Below, in pieces: positions 35,738-48,884 of a stretch of 64,000 nucleotides of DNA; position 1 is the stretch's first letter, and each line of letters starts with the position of its first letter. Below the pieces are notes generated by a model, which was not told the origin of the DNA, did not search any database, and saw only the letters and a program-made list of their open reading frames with translations. The DNA comes from Actinomycetes bacterium. Lineage in GTDB: Bacteria; Actinomycetota; Actinomycetes; Actinomycetales; Dermatophilaceae. The position numbers and the translations under genes are program-made. The DNA is taken from the NCBI GenBank assembly GCA_021783215.1, contig JAJXUB010000001.1, positions 952 through 64,951 of the forward strand, in the 5' to 3' direction.

Positions 35738-36823
35738 TCAGGTCCGGTTCGTGAAGACGACCGACAGCTCGCCGTGCGGGAGGACCTCCACCGCGGTCAA
35801 CGAGCCCGGAGCCGCGGCGAGCCGCCACGAGGCGTCGACGGTGAGGCCGAGAACGTGGCGGAGGACGACCATGATCGGCTTGCGGTGGCATACGACGACG
35901 GTCGTGCCGCCCTCGGCGAGAACGGCCTCCCACGCGGCGACGACCCGCTCCGTCAGCTGCGAATGGGACTCCCCGCCCGGACGCTTGTAGCCCGGGTCCT
36001 TACGCATCGCGAGGAACGACTCGGGGTCGCGGGCGATGAGGTCGCGCATGACGGCGCCGTCCCAGTCGCCGAAGCTCTGCTCGTCCCAGGCGTCGTCGAC
36101 CACGGGCTCGACCCCGATGGCGGCGGCGACCGCGGCGCCCGTCTGGCGCGCACGAGCGAGGCTCGAGGTGACGACCCGGGCCCCCCCGGGTCCGACAAGG
36201 TGGAGGACGCCCCGGGCCGCGGCCTCAGCCTGGGCGCGGCCCGTGGCATTGAGGTCTGGGTCGGGGCCGCCGCGACCGTCCAGCCGTCCCGCGACGGTGA
36301 AGTCCGTGACACCGTGCCTGACGAGGACGACCCGGGTCGGCCCGTCGTCGCGGGCATCGGCCACGGCCGCCGCCTCGGGCCGGTCCAGGCGCCGGTCGAT
36401 GGTCCGCCCGTCCATCCCTTTGTTGGACAGCAGGTCCGCGTCCGTGTTCTCCGCCCGCGGCACCCAGGTGTATGCCACGGAGCCCCCCGCCGCGCGGATG
36501 CGGTCGACGATCTCGCGGGCCTCGAGCGCCAGGCGCCGCATGTCCTCGTGCTTGACCTTCCAGCGGCCGGACATCTGCTCGATGACGAGCTTGGAGTCCA
36601 TGGCGACGGTGACCTTGGCGCCCGGGTCGATGGCAAACGCCGCGTCGAGGCCGGCGATGAGGCCGGAGTACTCGGCGACGTTGTTCGAGACCTGTCCCAG
36701 GGGGGCGGCGCGCTCGACGAGCACCGCGCCCGTCACGCCGTCACGGACGAGCGCCCCGTAGCCGGCGACACCGGGGTTGCCCCGCGAACCGCCGTCCGCC
36801 TCGACCCGAAGACGCCGGCTCAC
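35738..36823 (-). CDS. Bifunctional RNase HI / histidine-phosphatase (CobC-like) protein, Rv2228c-like
   Basis: N-terminus EADGGSRGNPG...NNVAEYSGL...DSKLVIEQ (RNase H). C-terminus VLVRHGVT...ESF...CHRKP (phosphoglycerate-mutase superfamily). GTGA overlap with the upstream gene. Confidence 0.85.
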   Translation of the reverse strand: MSRRLRVEADGGSRGNPGVAGYGALVRDGVTGAVLVERAAPLGQVSNNVAEYSGLIAGLDAAFAIDPGAKVTVAMDSKLVIEQMSGRWKVKHEDMRRLALEAREIVDRIRAAGGSVAYTWVPRAENTDADLLSNKGMDGRTIDRRLDRPEAAAVADARDDGPTRVVLVRHGVTDFTVAGRLDGRGGPDPDLNATGRAQAEAAARGVLHLVGPGGARVVTSSLARARQTGAAVAAAIGVEPVVDDAWDEQSFGDWDGAVMRDLIARDPESFLAMRKDPGYKRPGGESHSQLTERVVAAWEAVLAEGGTTVVVCHRKPIMVVLRHVLGLTVDASWRLAAAPGSLTAVEVLPHGELSVVFTNRT

Positions 36824-37557
36824 AGGCCCGACTCGGGCGTCCGGACCAGGATGCGACGGCACTCGTCGCAGCGGAGGACCTCGTCCTCGGGGGCGGCCTT
36901 GATCTGGCCCAGCTCGACGGCGTTGAGCTCGAGCTGGCATCCGAGGCAACGGCGTTGACGCAGGGCGGCCGCCCCCGAGCCGGACACCAGCGTGATCTTG
37001 TCGTAGAGCGCGACGAGGTCCGCGCCGACATCGGCCACGATGGACTCCCGTGGCGCCGCGACGGCCGTCAGCTCGGCGTCGATGTCCGCCAGCGCTCTGT
37101 CCGCCTGGGACTGCAGCGAGCCCACCTGGGCGGCAAGCGTCGTGCGCCGGTCGGTCAGGGCGTTGAGCTCGGCCTCGGTGGCCTCCGCGCGCTCCATGAC
37201 CTCGAGCTCGATGTCCTCGAGCTCGGACTGCCGGCGTGCCAACGACGTCAGCTCGTGCCCGATCGCCTGGAGGTCCTTCGCCGTGCCGACGCCGGAGTCG
37301 AGACGTGCCTGGTCGCGGGCGACCCGGTCACGGACAAGCTGGACGTCGGCCTCCGCCTTGGCCACCTCGCGCTGCACATCGCCGGACTCGGTGCGCTTGC
37401 GGATGATGTCGTCGTCGAGCGCCTCTGCCGCCGCACGGGCGGCGGCAAGCTCGCCGAGAACGGGAAGGACGCTGCGCTGGTGGCGAAGCTGCCCCACACG
37501 TGTGTCGAGCGCTTGGAGCTCGAGCAGCCGAAGCTGGCGGTCGGGTCCGGCCTTCAC
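36820..37557 (-). CDS. Coiled-coil C4 zinc-ribbon protein (DUF164, Rv2229c-like)
   Basis: Long coiled coil followed by CLGCQLEL...LRCDECRRIL. GTGA overlap with NIF3. Confidence 0.75.
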   Translation of the reverse strand: MKAGPDRQLRLLELQALDTRVGQLRHQRSVLPVLGELAAARAAAEALDDDIIRKRTESGDVQREVAKAEADVQLVRDRVARDQARLDSGVGTAKDLQAIGHELTSLARRQSELEDIELEVMERAEATEAELNALTDRRTTLAAQVGSLQSQADRALADIDAELTAVAAPRESIVADVGADLVALYDKITLVSGSGAAALRQRRCLGCQLELNAVELGQIKAAPEDEVLRCDECRRILVRTPESGL

Positions 37558-38402
37558 GCATCGCCTCCGGGCGGCTCGGCGCCGACGGTGAAGGTCCACG
37601 GGTCGGTGCGCAGTGTGCAGATGTCGGTCTCGACCCTATCCGGCCGATCCGTGGAGCCAAAGGCCTCGTCGAGGAGTGCCTTGACCCGGGGCAGCCACAG
37701 GGACTCCGTGGCCCAGTGGCCGGCGTCGACGAGGAACGGTGCTCCGCCGCCGCTCGCCTCGCGGTCCTCGAGGGCTGGGTGGTGCCGGAGATCCGCCGTC
37801 ACGTAGACGTCCGCCCCCGAGGCCCTCGCCGCCTCGAAGCCGCTGTCCCCCGCTCCCCCCATGACGGCGACCCGCCTCACCTTCGCCTTCCGGTCGCCGC
37901 TGACCCTGATACCGCCGGCGGCGGCCGGTAGGACCCGGGCCAGCCGGCTCGCGAGCGCGGCCAGGGTGACGACCTCGGGCAGCGTGCCGACGCGCCCGAG
38001 CGGGTGGCCCTCCTCCTGCGTCAGGGGTTCCACCTCGGTCAGGCCCAAGGCGTCGGCGAGGGCGTCGCTGACACCCCCGGCCGCCGCATCCGCGTTCGTG
38101 TGCGCGGCATACAGCCCGAGGCCCGAGCGAACCAGCGAGGTGACCGCACGCCCCTTGGCGCTGACGCTCGGCGCGATGGAGCTGACGCCGCGGAGCAGAA
38201 GCGGGTGGTGGGTGACGAGGAGGTCGACGCCGTCCGCGGCCGCCCGCTCGATGACCGCCTGGGTCGGGTCGATGGCGCACCGGACACGTCGGACCACCGC
38301 CCCGAGGTCACCGCTGACGAGCCCGACCCGGTCCCAGGACTGGGCGGTCTCCGGCGGGTAGGCACGGTCAAGGACGGAGACGACGTCGGCGAGCGTGGTC
38401 AT
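37554..38402 (-). CDS. NIF3-family (GTP cyclohydrolase 1 type 2-like) metal-binding protein
   Basis: 282 codons: SWDRVGL, LLVTHHPLL, YAAHTNAD, DAGHWATE. Confidence 0.85.
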   Translation of the reverse strand: MTTLADVVSVLDRAYPPETAQSWDRVGLVSGDLGAVVRRVRCAIDPTQAVIERAAADGVDLLVTHHPLLLRGVSSIAPSVSAKGRAVTSLVRSGLGLYAAHTNADAAAGGVSDALADALGLTEVEPLTQEEGHPLGRVGTLPEVVTLAALASRLARVLPAAAGGIRVSGDRKAKVRRVAVMGGAGDSGFEAARASGADVYVTADLRHHPALEDREASGGGAPFLVDAGHWATESLWLPRVKALLDEAFGSTDRPDRVETDICTLRTDPWTFTVGAEPPGGDA

Positions 38403-38403
38403 G

Positions 38404-38476
38404 TGGGCCCGGCCGGGATCGAACCGACGACGGCCGCGGTGTAAACGCGGTGCTCTACCAGCTGAGCTACAGGCCC
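38404..38476 (-). tRNA. tRNA-Val (anticodon TAC)
   Basis: Manual cloverleaf: GGGCCTG-TA-GCTC..GAGC-A-CCGCG-TTTACAC-CGCGG-..-GTCGG-TTCGATC-CCGGC-CGGGCCC-A. No encoded CCA. Confidence 0.92.
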
Positions 38477-38557
38477 CAGGACGTGTCGGATACCCACGCC
38501 AGGCAGTCATTGTGGCAGCATAGGGAGCCGGCCCCGCCTCGCCCGTCGCCAGGCTGG

Positions 38558-40309
38558 TCAGGCCCGGGCGAACACCATGACCGAGTAGGGCCCGAGGCCG
38601 AGCTCGGCCGAGGCCGGCTGGCCATCCGCCGGGGACTCCACGGCCTCGAGGTCGCCGCTGCCCTTGCCGGCGAAGGGCCCGTAGTGGGGCGAGTCGGAGT
38701 TGACCTTGCACCGCCAGGGCCCGGCGGCGGGAAACCCGATCCGCTGGCCCCAGACCTCGTCGCCACCGAGGTTGGCAACGACGACGACGTCGTCGCCGGG
38801 GCCGCCGTCGAACCAGCGGTGCATCGCGAGGACCTTGGCACCCTCGTCGCAGTGGGTCACCTGGTAGCCCTCGCCGGACAGCCCGCGGGTGTCGTTGTCC
38901 CAGTTCCGGCGGAGCCGGATGAGGTCACGGTAGAAGGCGACCGTCCCGGCGAACGTGTCGGCGAGGGACCAGTCGAGCCCGACGGTGTCCTGGAACCAGC
39001 CACCGGTGAGGAACTCCTGTCCCTCGAAGATCATCGGGATCCCGGGCGCCGTGAGCGCGATGCCCGCGGCGACGGTCGACTTCTTCTGGGCCAGCCACCC
39101 GGTCGGCTCCGTCGGCGAGATCTCCGGCGGCATCCGCTCATGGCCGTTGGCGACGGCGTCATGCGACTCCGTGAAGAGGACACGGGCGAACGGCGCGTCG
39201 CCGCCCGCCGTGAGCAGCCCGCAGATCGCCCCGATGGAGCGGCTCGCGTCGTCCGCCTGCTGCATCGTCGAGCGGAGGACCCGGACGAAGCTTCCGTCCC
39301 ACTGGGCGGAGAACGCGGCACCGGCGTCGTCCCACGCGGTGAGGCGGTGGTCGTCGCGCATGTCCTCCGCGATGGTGAGAGCGTCGGGCCGGATGCCGTG
39401 GACCGCGTCGTTGAGCTCCCGCATGAGGCTCCACCCGTCGGGGATCTCTTCCGCGCCGAACCCGTCGAGCGAGCGGATGTACGCCGTCATGTCGAGCCGG
39501 AGCCCGTCGACATGGCACTCCTGCACCCACATGAGCGCGTTGTCCGTGATGTACTGCCGGACCTCGGCGCGGCCGTAGTCGGGCCGGGTATCACCCCACG
39601 GCGTCGCGGACCGGTCGTCCTCGTAGAAGTAGATGCCGCCCTTGCCGTTCTGCGACCACCCGTCGAACCGCCAGAGCTGGAGGTCGCTCGGCCCGAAATG
39701 GTTGTAGACGACGTCGAGGATGACGGCGATGCCTCGCTTGTGGCACTCGCGGACGAGGTGGCGGAACTGGTCCGGGCCGCCGTAGACCGACTCGACGGCG
39801 AACGGGTGGGCCGGGTTATAGCCCCACGAGTCGTCGCCGGCGAACTCGGCGATCGGCATGACCTCGATGGCGTTGACGCCGAGTCCCACGAGGTGGTCCA
39901 GCCGCGTGACGGCGGCGTCGAAGGTGCCCTCCGGCGTGAACGTCCCGATGTGCAGCTCGTAGATGACGAGCTCGCCCGCCGACGGACAGCGGAACGAGTC
40001 GCCCTGCCAGTCGAAGCCACCCGGGTCGGTGAGGATCCCGTTGCCGACGGAGTTGGTGACCTGCCGCGCATACGGGTCGATGCGGTCGAGCGGCCCCTCA
40101 TCGGTGCCGATCCGGTACTTGTACTCCTGCCACGTCCTCGCCCCGGAGAGAGTCCCGGACCACGTCCCGTCGCCCTGGCTCTCGAGGTGGTTCGCGTCGC
40201 CGAACCATCCGTTGAACTCACCGATGACGGCGACCGTGCGCGCGTTCGGTGCCCAGACCCGGAAGGTGTACCCGTCGTCGACCTTCGTCGGGCCCATCGG
40301 CACGCTCAT
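38558..40309 (-). CDS. GH13 alpha-glucan enzyme with N-terminal CBM48 (TreZ/GlgB-like)
   Basis: 583 codons: FRVWAPNARTVAVIGEFNGW, YELHIGTFTPEGTF, DVVYNHFGP, GLRLDM, IAED, ESHD. ATGA overlap with ahpE. Confidence 0.85.
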   Translation of the reverse strand: MSVPMGPTKVDDGYTFRVWAPNARTVAVIGEFNGWFGDANHLESQGDGTWSGTLSGARTWQEYKYRIGTDEGPLDRIDPYARQVTNSVGNGILTDPGGFDWQGDSFRCPSAGELVIYELHIGTFTPEGTFDAAVTRLDHLVGLGVNAIEVMPIAEFAGDDSWGYNPAHPFAVESVYGGPDQFRHLVRECHKRGIAVILDVVYNHFGPSDLQLWRFDGWSQNGKGGIYFYEDDRSATPWGDTRPDYGRAEVRQYITDNALMWVQECHVDGLRLDMTAYIRSLDGFGAEEIPDGWSLMRELNDAVHGIRPDALTIAEDMRDDHRLTAWDDAGAAFSAQWDGSFVRVLRSTMQQADDASRSIGAICGLLTAGGDAPFARVLFTESHDAVANGHERMPPEISPTEPTGWLAQKKSTVAAGIALTAPGIPMIFEGQEFLTGGWFQDTVGLDWSLADTFAGTVAFYRDLIRLRRNWDNDTRGLSGEGYQVTHCDEGAKVLAMHRWFDGGPGDDVVVVANLGGDEVWGQRIGFPAAGPWRCKVNSDSPHYGPFAGKGSGDLEAVESPADGQPASAELGLGPYSVMVFARA

Positions 40310-40779
40310 CCAGTGATCTCCCTTAGTGCTTCCCGGTAGGCCGTGAAGTCGCGGCGCTTCCCCGGCTCGTTGACGAGGGTCCACCGTACGACCCCGTCGC
40401 GGTCGAGCAGGAACGTCCCTCGCAGGGCCATCCCGTGGTCCTCGTCGAACACGCCGAATGCCCGTGCCACCGCACCGTGCGGCCAGAAGTCCGAGAGGAG
40501 CGGGAAGAAGTAGCCTTCGACGTCGGCCCACGCCCGGTGCGCGAACGCCGAGTCACACGAGACGGCGAGCACCTGGACGTCCGCGGACGCGAAGGAGCCG
40601 AGGTCGTCGCGGACCTCGTTGAGCTCGCCGGTGCAGATGCCGGAGAAGGCGAACGGGAAGAAGACAAGGACGACGTTGCGGTCGCCGCGGAACGACGACA
40701 GCGTCGTCGGCGTGCCGTACTGGTCGCGGAGGGTGAAGTCCGGTGCCCGTTCACCGACTCCGACGGGCGTCTGCGCCAT
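40306..40779 (-). CDS. ahpE: 1-Cys peroxiredoxin (AhpE-like)
   Basis: 157 codons: APDFTLRDQ...VVLVFFPFAFSGICTGEL. TGATG overlap with the upstream gene. Confidence 0.85.
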   Translation of the reverse strand: MAQTPVGVGERAPDFTLRDQYGTPTTLSSFRGDRNVVLVFFPFAFSGICTGELNEVRDDLGSFASADVQVLAVSCDSAFAHRAWADVEGYFFPLLSDFWPHGAVARAFGVFDEDHGMALRGTFLLDRDGVVRWTLVNEPGKRRDFTAYREALREITG

Positions 40780-41216
40780 CAGCGTCGGCCGTGCTTGGGC
40801 GCGACCAGCCGCATGGCGGCCCAGTCCTCGCCGGCCGCCATGGCGCAACATGCCGACAGGCCGGCCGTCTTGGCCGCCTCGTCCACGTCGCTGACGGGGA
40901 CGGCATCGGGGCTGCCGGGCCGCGGGGTGAGGAGGCAGATGAAGCCGGACTCGTCGAGGTTCGTCACCGCATCGACGAGGCCGTCGGCGAGGTCACCGTC
41001 GCCGTCCCGCCACCACAGGAGGACCCCGTCGGCCGCACCGGAGTAGTCCTCGTCCTCCAGCTCGCTGCCGACGACATCCTCGATGGCGAAGCGCACCGCG
41101 TTGTCGACATCCTCCTCCCAGCCGAGCTCCTGGACGATCTGGCCCTGGACGAACCCGAGTCGAGCGGCCAACGTGGTTCGGTCGGACCTTCCTGAGGTCC
41201 CCACCGGGGTGTTCAT
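40779..41216 (-). CDS. DUF3052-family protein (Rv2239c-like)
   Basis: 145-aa acidic ORF: LGFVQGQIVQELGWEEDVD...LLWWRDGDGDL. Confidence 0.7.
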   Translation of the reverse strand: MNTPVGTSGRSDRTTLAARLGFVQGQIVQELGWEEDVDNAVRFAIEDVVGSELEDEDYSGAADGVLLWWRDGDGDLADGLVDAVTNLDESGFICLLTPRPGSPDAVPVSDVDEAAKTAGLSACCAMAAGEDWAAMRLVAPKHGRR

Positions 41217-42643
41217 GACTCGTAGTCAAACGACTGGTGTGGCTCCCGCGCAACCTCGTGGGCCGATGTGGCGCGCGCAACCCCGGCGCGCACCGACTCC
41301 TCGGCGAGGAACCGCTCCGCCTCGAGCCGCGACAGGTGGGGAATGGTCGGGTGGACCCGGCCCCGCGTGCTGTGCAGCCGCACCGTCGCGATGCCGAGGA
41401 CGCGCTCGAGCGGCCCCTCGGACAGGCCCGTCGACTGGATCCGCGCGTGCGGGACGATCTGTGCGACCCGGTCGAGCCGGCCGTGCCGGATGACGATGGC
41501 CGACTCGGTCACGGCGTAGCCGGTCCGCCCGCACGTCAACGGGTCGACGAGGCGCGCCGCGAGCGGCGACGTCGTGAACCCGACCGCGTTCCCGGTGCCC
41601 TGGGTCGCGGCCGCGAGGAGGTCTGACGGTGGCGGCTGGATGGCGAGTGCGAGGACGTCGAGGGCCTCGGCATACGTCCCGACGGGAAGGATCGTCGACG
41701 TCTCCGTCGCCTCTCTGCCGGGGTGGGAGCCGGCGACGTTGAGCTCGATGCGCCACCACCCGAACGGGCGCCAGAGGAGTGGCTGGGTGAGCTCGACGGC
41801 CTGGATGCGGTGGAAGGGCACCGTGGTCGCCCGCAGCTCGAGGAGCCCGTGCTGCGCACGGAGCGCTGCCGGCGTCGTCTCGAGGACGAAGTTGAGCTCG
41901 TTGAGCAGCTGCCGTCCGTGCGCCGACCCGACGCCGAGGACGATCGGGACGGCGGCGAAGGCGAGCTGGGGGTGCCCGAGACCGAGCTCGACCGCGGACC
42001 CGACGAGCAGGAGCCCGAGGAGAAGGACCGAGGGCCGCCACAGGGCGGCCTGCAGCTGCCGCAGCGGCGGCACCTGGATGACACGGCGCCCCGGGGTCAC
42101 CGAGGCGAGCGCCTCGTCGGGGTGCGCACCCGCTCCGCTGTGCGTCGCGAGGTCGGTGAGCCGGTCCCGCAGGGCAACGGCGTCGCGCTGGGCGAGGAAG
42201 GACAGGCGCAGGTGCGCTTCGTGGCCGCCCGCCGACCGGACGACAACCTGGGACAGGCGAAGGATGCGGGCGAGGACGGGGCGGGTGATGTCGACCGCCT
42301 GGATGCGGTCGTACCGCACCTGCCGGTGCCGGCGGAAGAGCACGCCGGAGCGCACCTCGACGAGGCTGTCGGTCAGGCGGAACCTCGAGAAGAGCCAGGA
42401 CACCCACGAGAGGGCGACGAAGAGGACGACACCGGCGAGGAACAGTGCCAGGAGGAGGCCCAGGTGCCTGGTCGTCGGGTCCTGCCCGGGGGCGCCGCCC
42501 CGCTGGCTGCTGATCCGGTTGACCTGGTCGCTGACGAACCACGACCCGTAGGCGATGACGACGAGGCCGCCACGCACCAGCGGCGTCAGCGGGTGGACGT
42601 GGCGCCAGGGCGGCTCGGCGGCGACCGGGGGGCTCGACGTCAC
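41213..42643 (-). CDS. Membrane protein with repeated bacterial PH (bPH_2) domains, YdbT-like
   Basis: 476 codons. Three repeats, each TM hairpin plus ...Y.RIQAV.. module (VRYDRIQAVDI, VPFHRIQAVEL, VPHARIQSTGL). GTGA overlap with the upstream gene. Confidence 0.75.
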   Translation of the reverse strand: MTSSPPVAAEPPWRHVHPLTPLVRGGLVVIAYGSWFVSDQVNRISSQRGGAPGQDPTTRHLGLLLALFLAGVVLFVALSWVSWLFSRFRLTDSLVEVRSGVLFRRHRQVRYDRIQAVDITRPVLARILRLSQVVVRSAGGHEAHLRLSFLAQRDAVALRDRLTDLATHSGAGAHPDEALASVTPGRRVIQVPPLRQLQAALWRPSVLLLGLLLVGSAVELGLGHPQLAFAAVPIVLGVGSAHGRQLLNELNFVLETTPAALRAQHGLLELRATTVPFHRIQAVELTQPLLWRPFGWWRIELNVAGSHPGREATETSTILPVGTYAEALDVLALAIQPPPSDLLAAATQGTGNAVGFTTSPLAARLVDPLTCGRTGYAVTESAIVIRHGRLDRVAQIVPHARIQSTGLSEGPLERVLGIATVRLHSTRGRVHPTIPHLSRLEAERFLAEESVRAGVARATSAHEVAREPHQSFDYES

Positions 42644-43143
42644 AGCCCGGCCCGCTGTGAGTCCCCGCGCCGCGCGAGTCGTTCGCGGAGCGCCTCTGCG
42701 TCGGGCAGGTCGAGCCCCGGAACGGTTCCCCCCGTCTCGGGGGAGGCCGTGTGGACGATGACGGACGCGAGACCGAAGGACCGCTCGAGCGGCCCGGAGT
42801 GGACGTCGACGAACTGGAGCCGCCCGTAGGGGACGGACGACAGCGACCGGAAGAGACGACCCTTGCGGATGACGAGCTCCTCCGGCAGCTCGACCCACGA
42901 GATGGCCGGCACCTGCCTGGCGACGACCCAGAGTCCCCCCAACCAGCCGAGGACGGACAGCGCCACCCCGAGCCAGGCCCAGCTCCAGCCGGCGAGGGCG
43001 AGGACGGCGCAGGCGAGGAGCGGCGGCAGCGCGACGAGGCTGACGAGGATGAACCGGATCATCCGAAGCCTCCCGGAGACGGGGTGCCACCCGAGGCCGC
43101 CGTCGCCCCGCAGCAGAACCGTCGCCCCACTCGGCTCGTCCAT
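42640..43143 (-). CDS. bPH_2-domain membrane protein, YdbS-like
   Basis: 167 codons. Two TM helices followed by [11 protein letters not shown]. This is the tail of the artefactual 1272-aa track ORF. Confidence 0.75.
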   Translation of the reverse strand: MDEPSGATVLLRGDGGLGWHPVSGRLRMIRFILVSLVALPPLLACAVLALAGWSWAWLGVALSVLGWLGGLWVVARQVPAISWVELPEELVIRKGRLFRSLSSVPYGRLQFVDVHSGPLERSFGLASVIVHTASPETGGTVPGLDLPDAEALRERLARRGDSQRAGL

Positions 43144-43266
43144 GCCCACAGTGTGCCGGACGCCGACGGGGGCACCCGCGCGAGCCGGCGATCCGCTCTC
43201 CGAGTGGCGGCCGGCCGACCCGAGCGCAGTTGTGACCTGGCGCACGTTGTGGGCGAGGATGGGTCC

Positions 43267-47587
<4,321 letters not shown>

Positions 47588-47645
47588 CCGAAACCGTGAC
47601 CGCACAACCCTGGGCAACGGCGCGGGTGGAAGCCGATGATGGGGC

Positions 47646-48857
47646 ATGGTCCCGGACGACGAGGATCAGGACGGCTGGTTCGCCGACGAGGGCCCGAGCC
47701 ACGGGGCTGAGGGCCCACCGCGGACGCGACGGCTGTCGCTCCTGGCCGTCCTCGGCACGCTCGCCGCATTCACCGTCGTCGGGGTCGCCACCGTCAACTG
47801 GGTCGACGCTCGGCAGCGGCCGCCCACAGGTCCTCGGCTGACAGCGAACGCGCCCTCCACGTCGGCCTCGACGACCCCCCGGACGACGTCGACGGACGGC
47901 GGCTCGACGACTCGCTCGAGGACCATCGGCACCGTCACGACCCAGGTCGCGCCGGCCATCCTCGGCGCCACCGGCGCCTGGACGCTCTTCGCGCGGGGGG
48001 CGGACGTGCTCGTCCGGCTGGACATGTCCCGCGGGTGGGTCAGCGAGACCGCCGTGCCTCCCCTTTCCAGCAGCGGTCCCGTGTCCTTCGTCGTCGGCCC
48101 GGACCGGGTGCTCATCCGTCCTCTCGACGGTGTGCCGGGATACGTCGTCCCCGACGGCGGCTCTGCCCAGGAGGCTGCCGGCCTGCTCTCCCACGGCGGC
48201 CCGGTCGTTCCCGGACCGGCACCGAACCGCGTGTGGGCGCAGACCGGCTGGGGCTCAGACCAAGCCATGGCGCTGGTCGGCCTCGACGGCCGGGCCATGG
48301 GTCGGCCCGTGCACATACCTGCCGACATGTCGCCGATGTCCGCCGAGCCCGACGGATCCGGCTCGCTCCTCCTTCAGGGGACCAGCGGTTGGTATGCCGT
48401 GCAGGGCGACAGCCTGCGTCGGGTCACGACCGGGACGGTGCTCGCCGCGTCCGCCAGCTCCTGGCTCGTGTCCGACTGCGACGACCTCCATCGGTGCGTG
48501 ACCGCACTGGTCGACCGCACGACCGGGCGGCGCCGACCCCTTGGCGCGAGCCTGGCGGCGACGGGGTCCTTCGGCTCCATCGCTCCGGACGGCCGCTGGG
48601 CGGCGGTGCCGCTCTACGGGTCGAGCGGGTCGACCCTGCTCATCATCGACCTCGCGACCGGGGTGCGACGACCGGCCACCGTCTCACCCGCCCCCGACTA
48701 CTTCCCCAGCGGGACGTTCGCGTGGACGCCGGACAGCCGATGGCTGCTCGTGGTCGACTCCGACCGGGCGATCGTCGCCCTGGACCCTGTGACCCTGCGC
48801 ACGCGTCCCCTCGGCGTGGACCTGCCCTTCGTCGACCAGATCGCCGTGCGCGGCTAG
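47646..48857 (+). CDS. Hypothetical single-pass membrane protein with a beta-rich (propeller-like) extracytoplasmic domain
   Basis: 403-aa ORF. Acidic N-terminus, one TM (LSLLAVLGTLAAFTVVGVATV), an S/T/P linker, then repeated ...PDG.. beta-strand-like units. Confidence 0.6.
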   Translation: MVPDDEDQDGWFADEGPSHGAEGPPRTRRLSLLAVLGTLAAFTVVGVATVNWVDARQRPPTGPRLTANAPSTSASTTPRTTSTDGGSTTRSRTIGTVTTQVAPAILGATGAWTLFARGADVLVRLDMSRGWVSETAVPPLSSSGPVSFVVGPDRVLIRPLDGVPGYVVPDGGSAQEAAGLLSHGGPVVPGPAPNRVWAQTGWGSDQAMALVGLDGRAMGRPVHIPADMSPMSAEPDGSGSLLLQGTSGWYAVQGDSLRRVTTGTVLAASASSWLVSDCDDLHRCVTALVDRTTGRRRPLGASLAATGSFGSIAPDGRWAAVPLYGSSGSTLLIIDLATGVRRPATVSPAPDYFPSGTFAWTPDSRWLLVVDSDRAIVALDPVTLRTRPLGVDLPFVDQIAVRG

Positions 48858-48884
48858 GAAGCGACCGGCCCGGCACTCGTTAGG

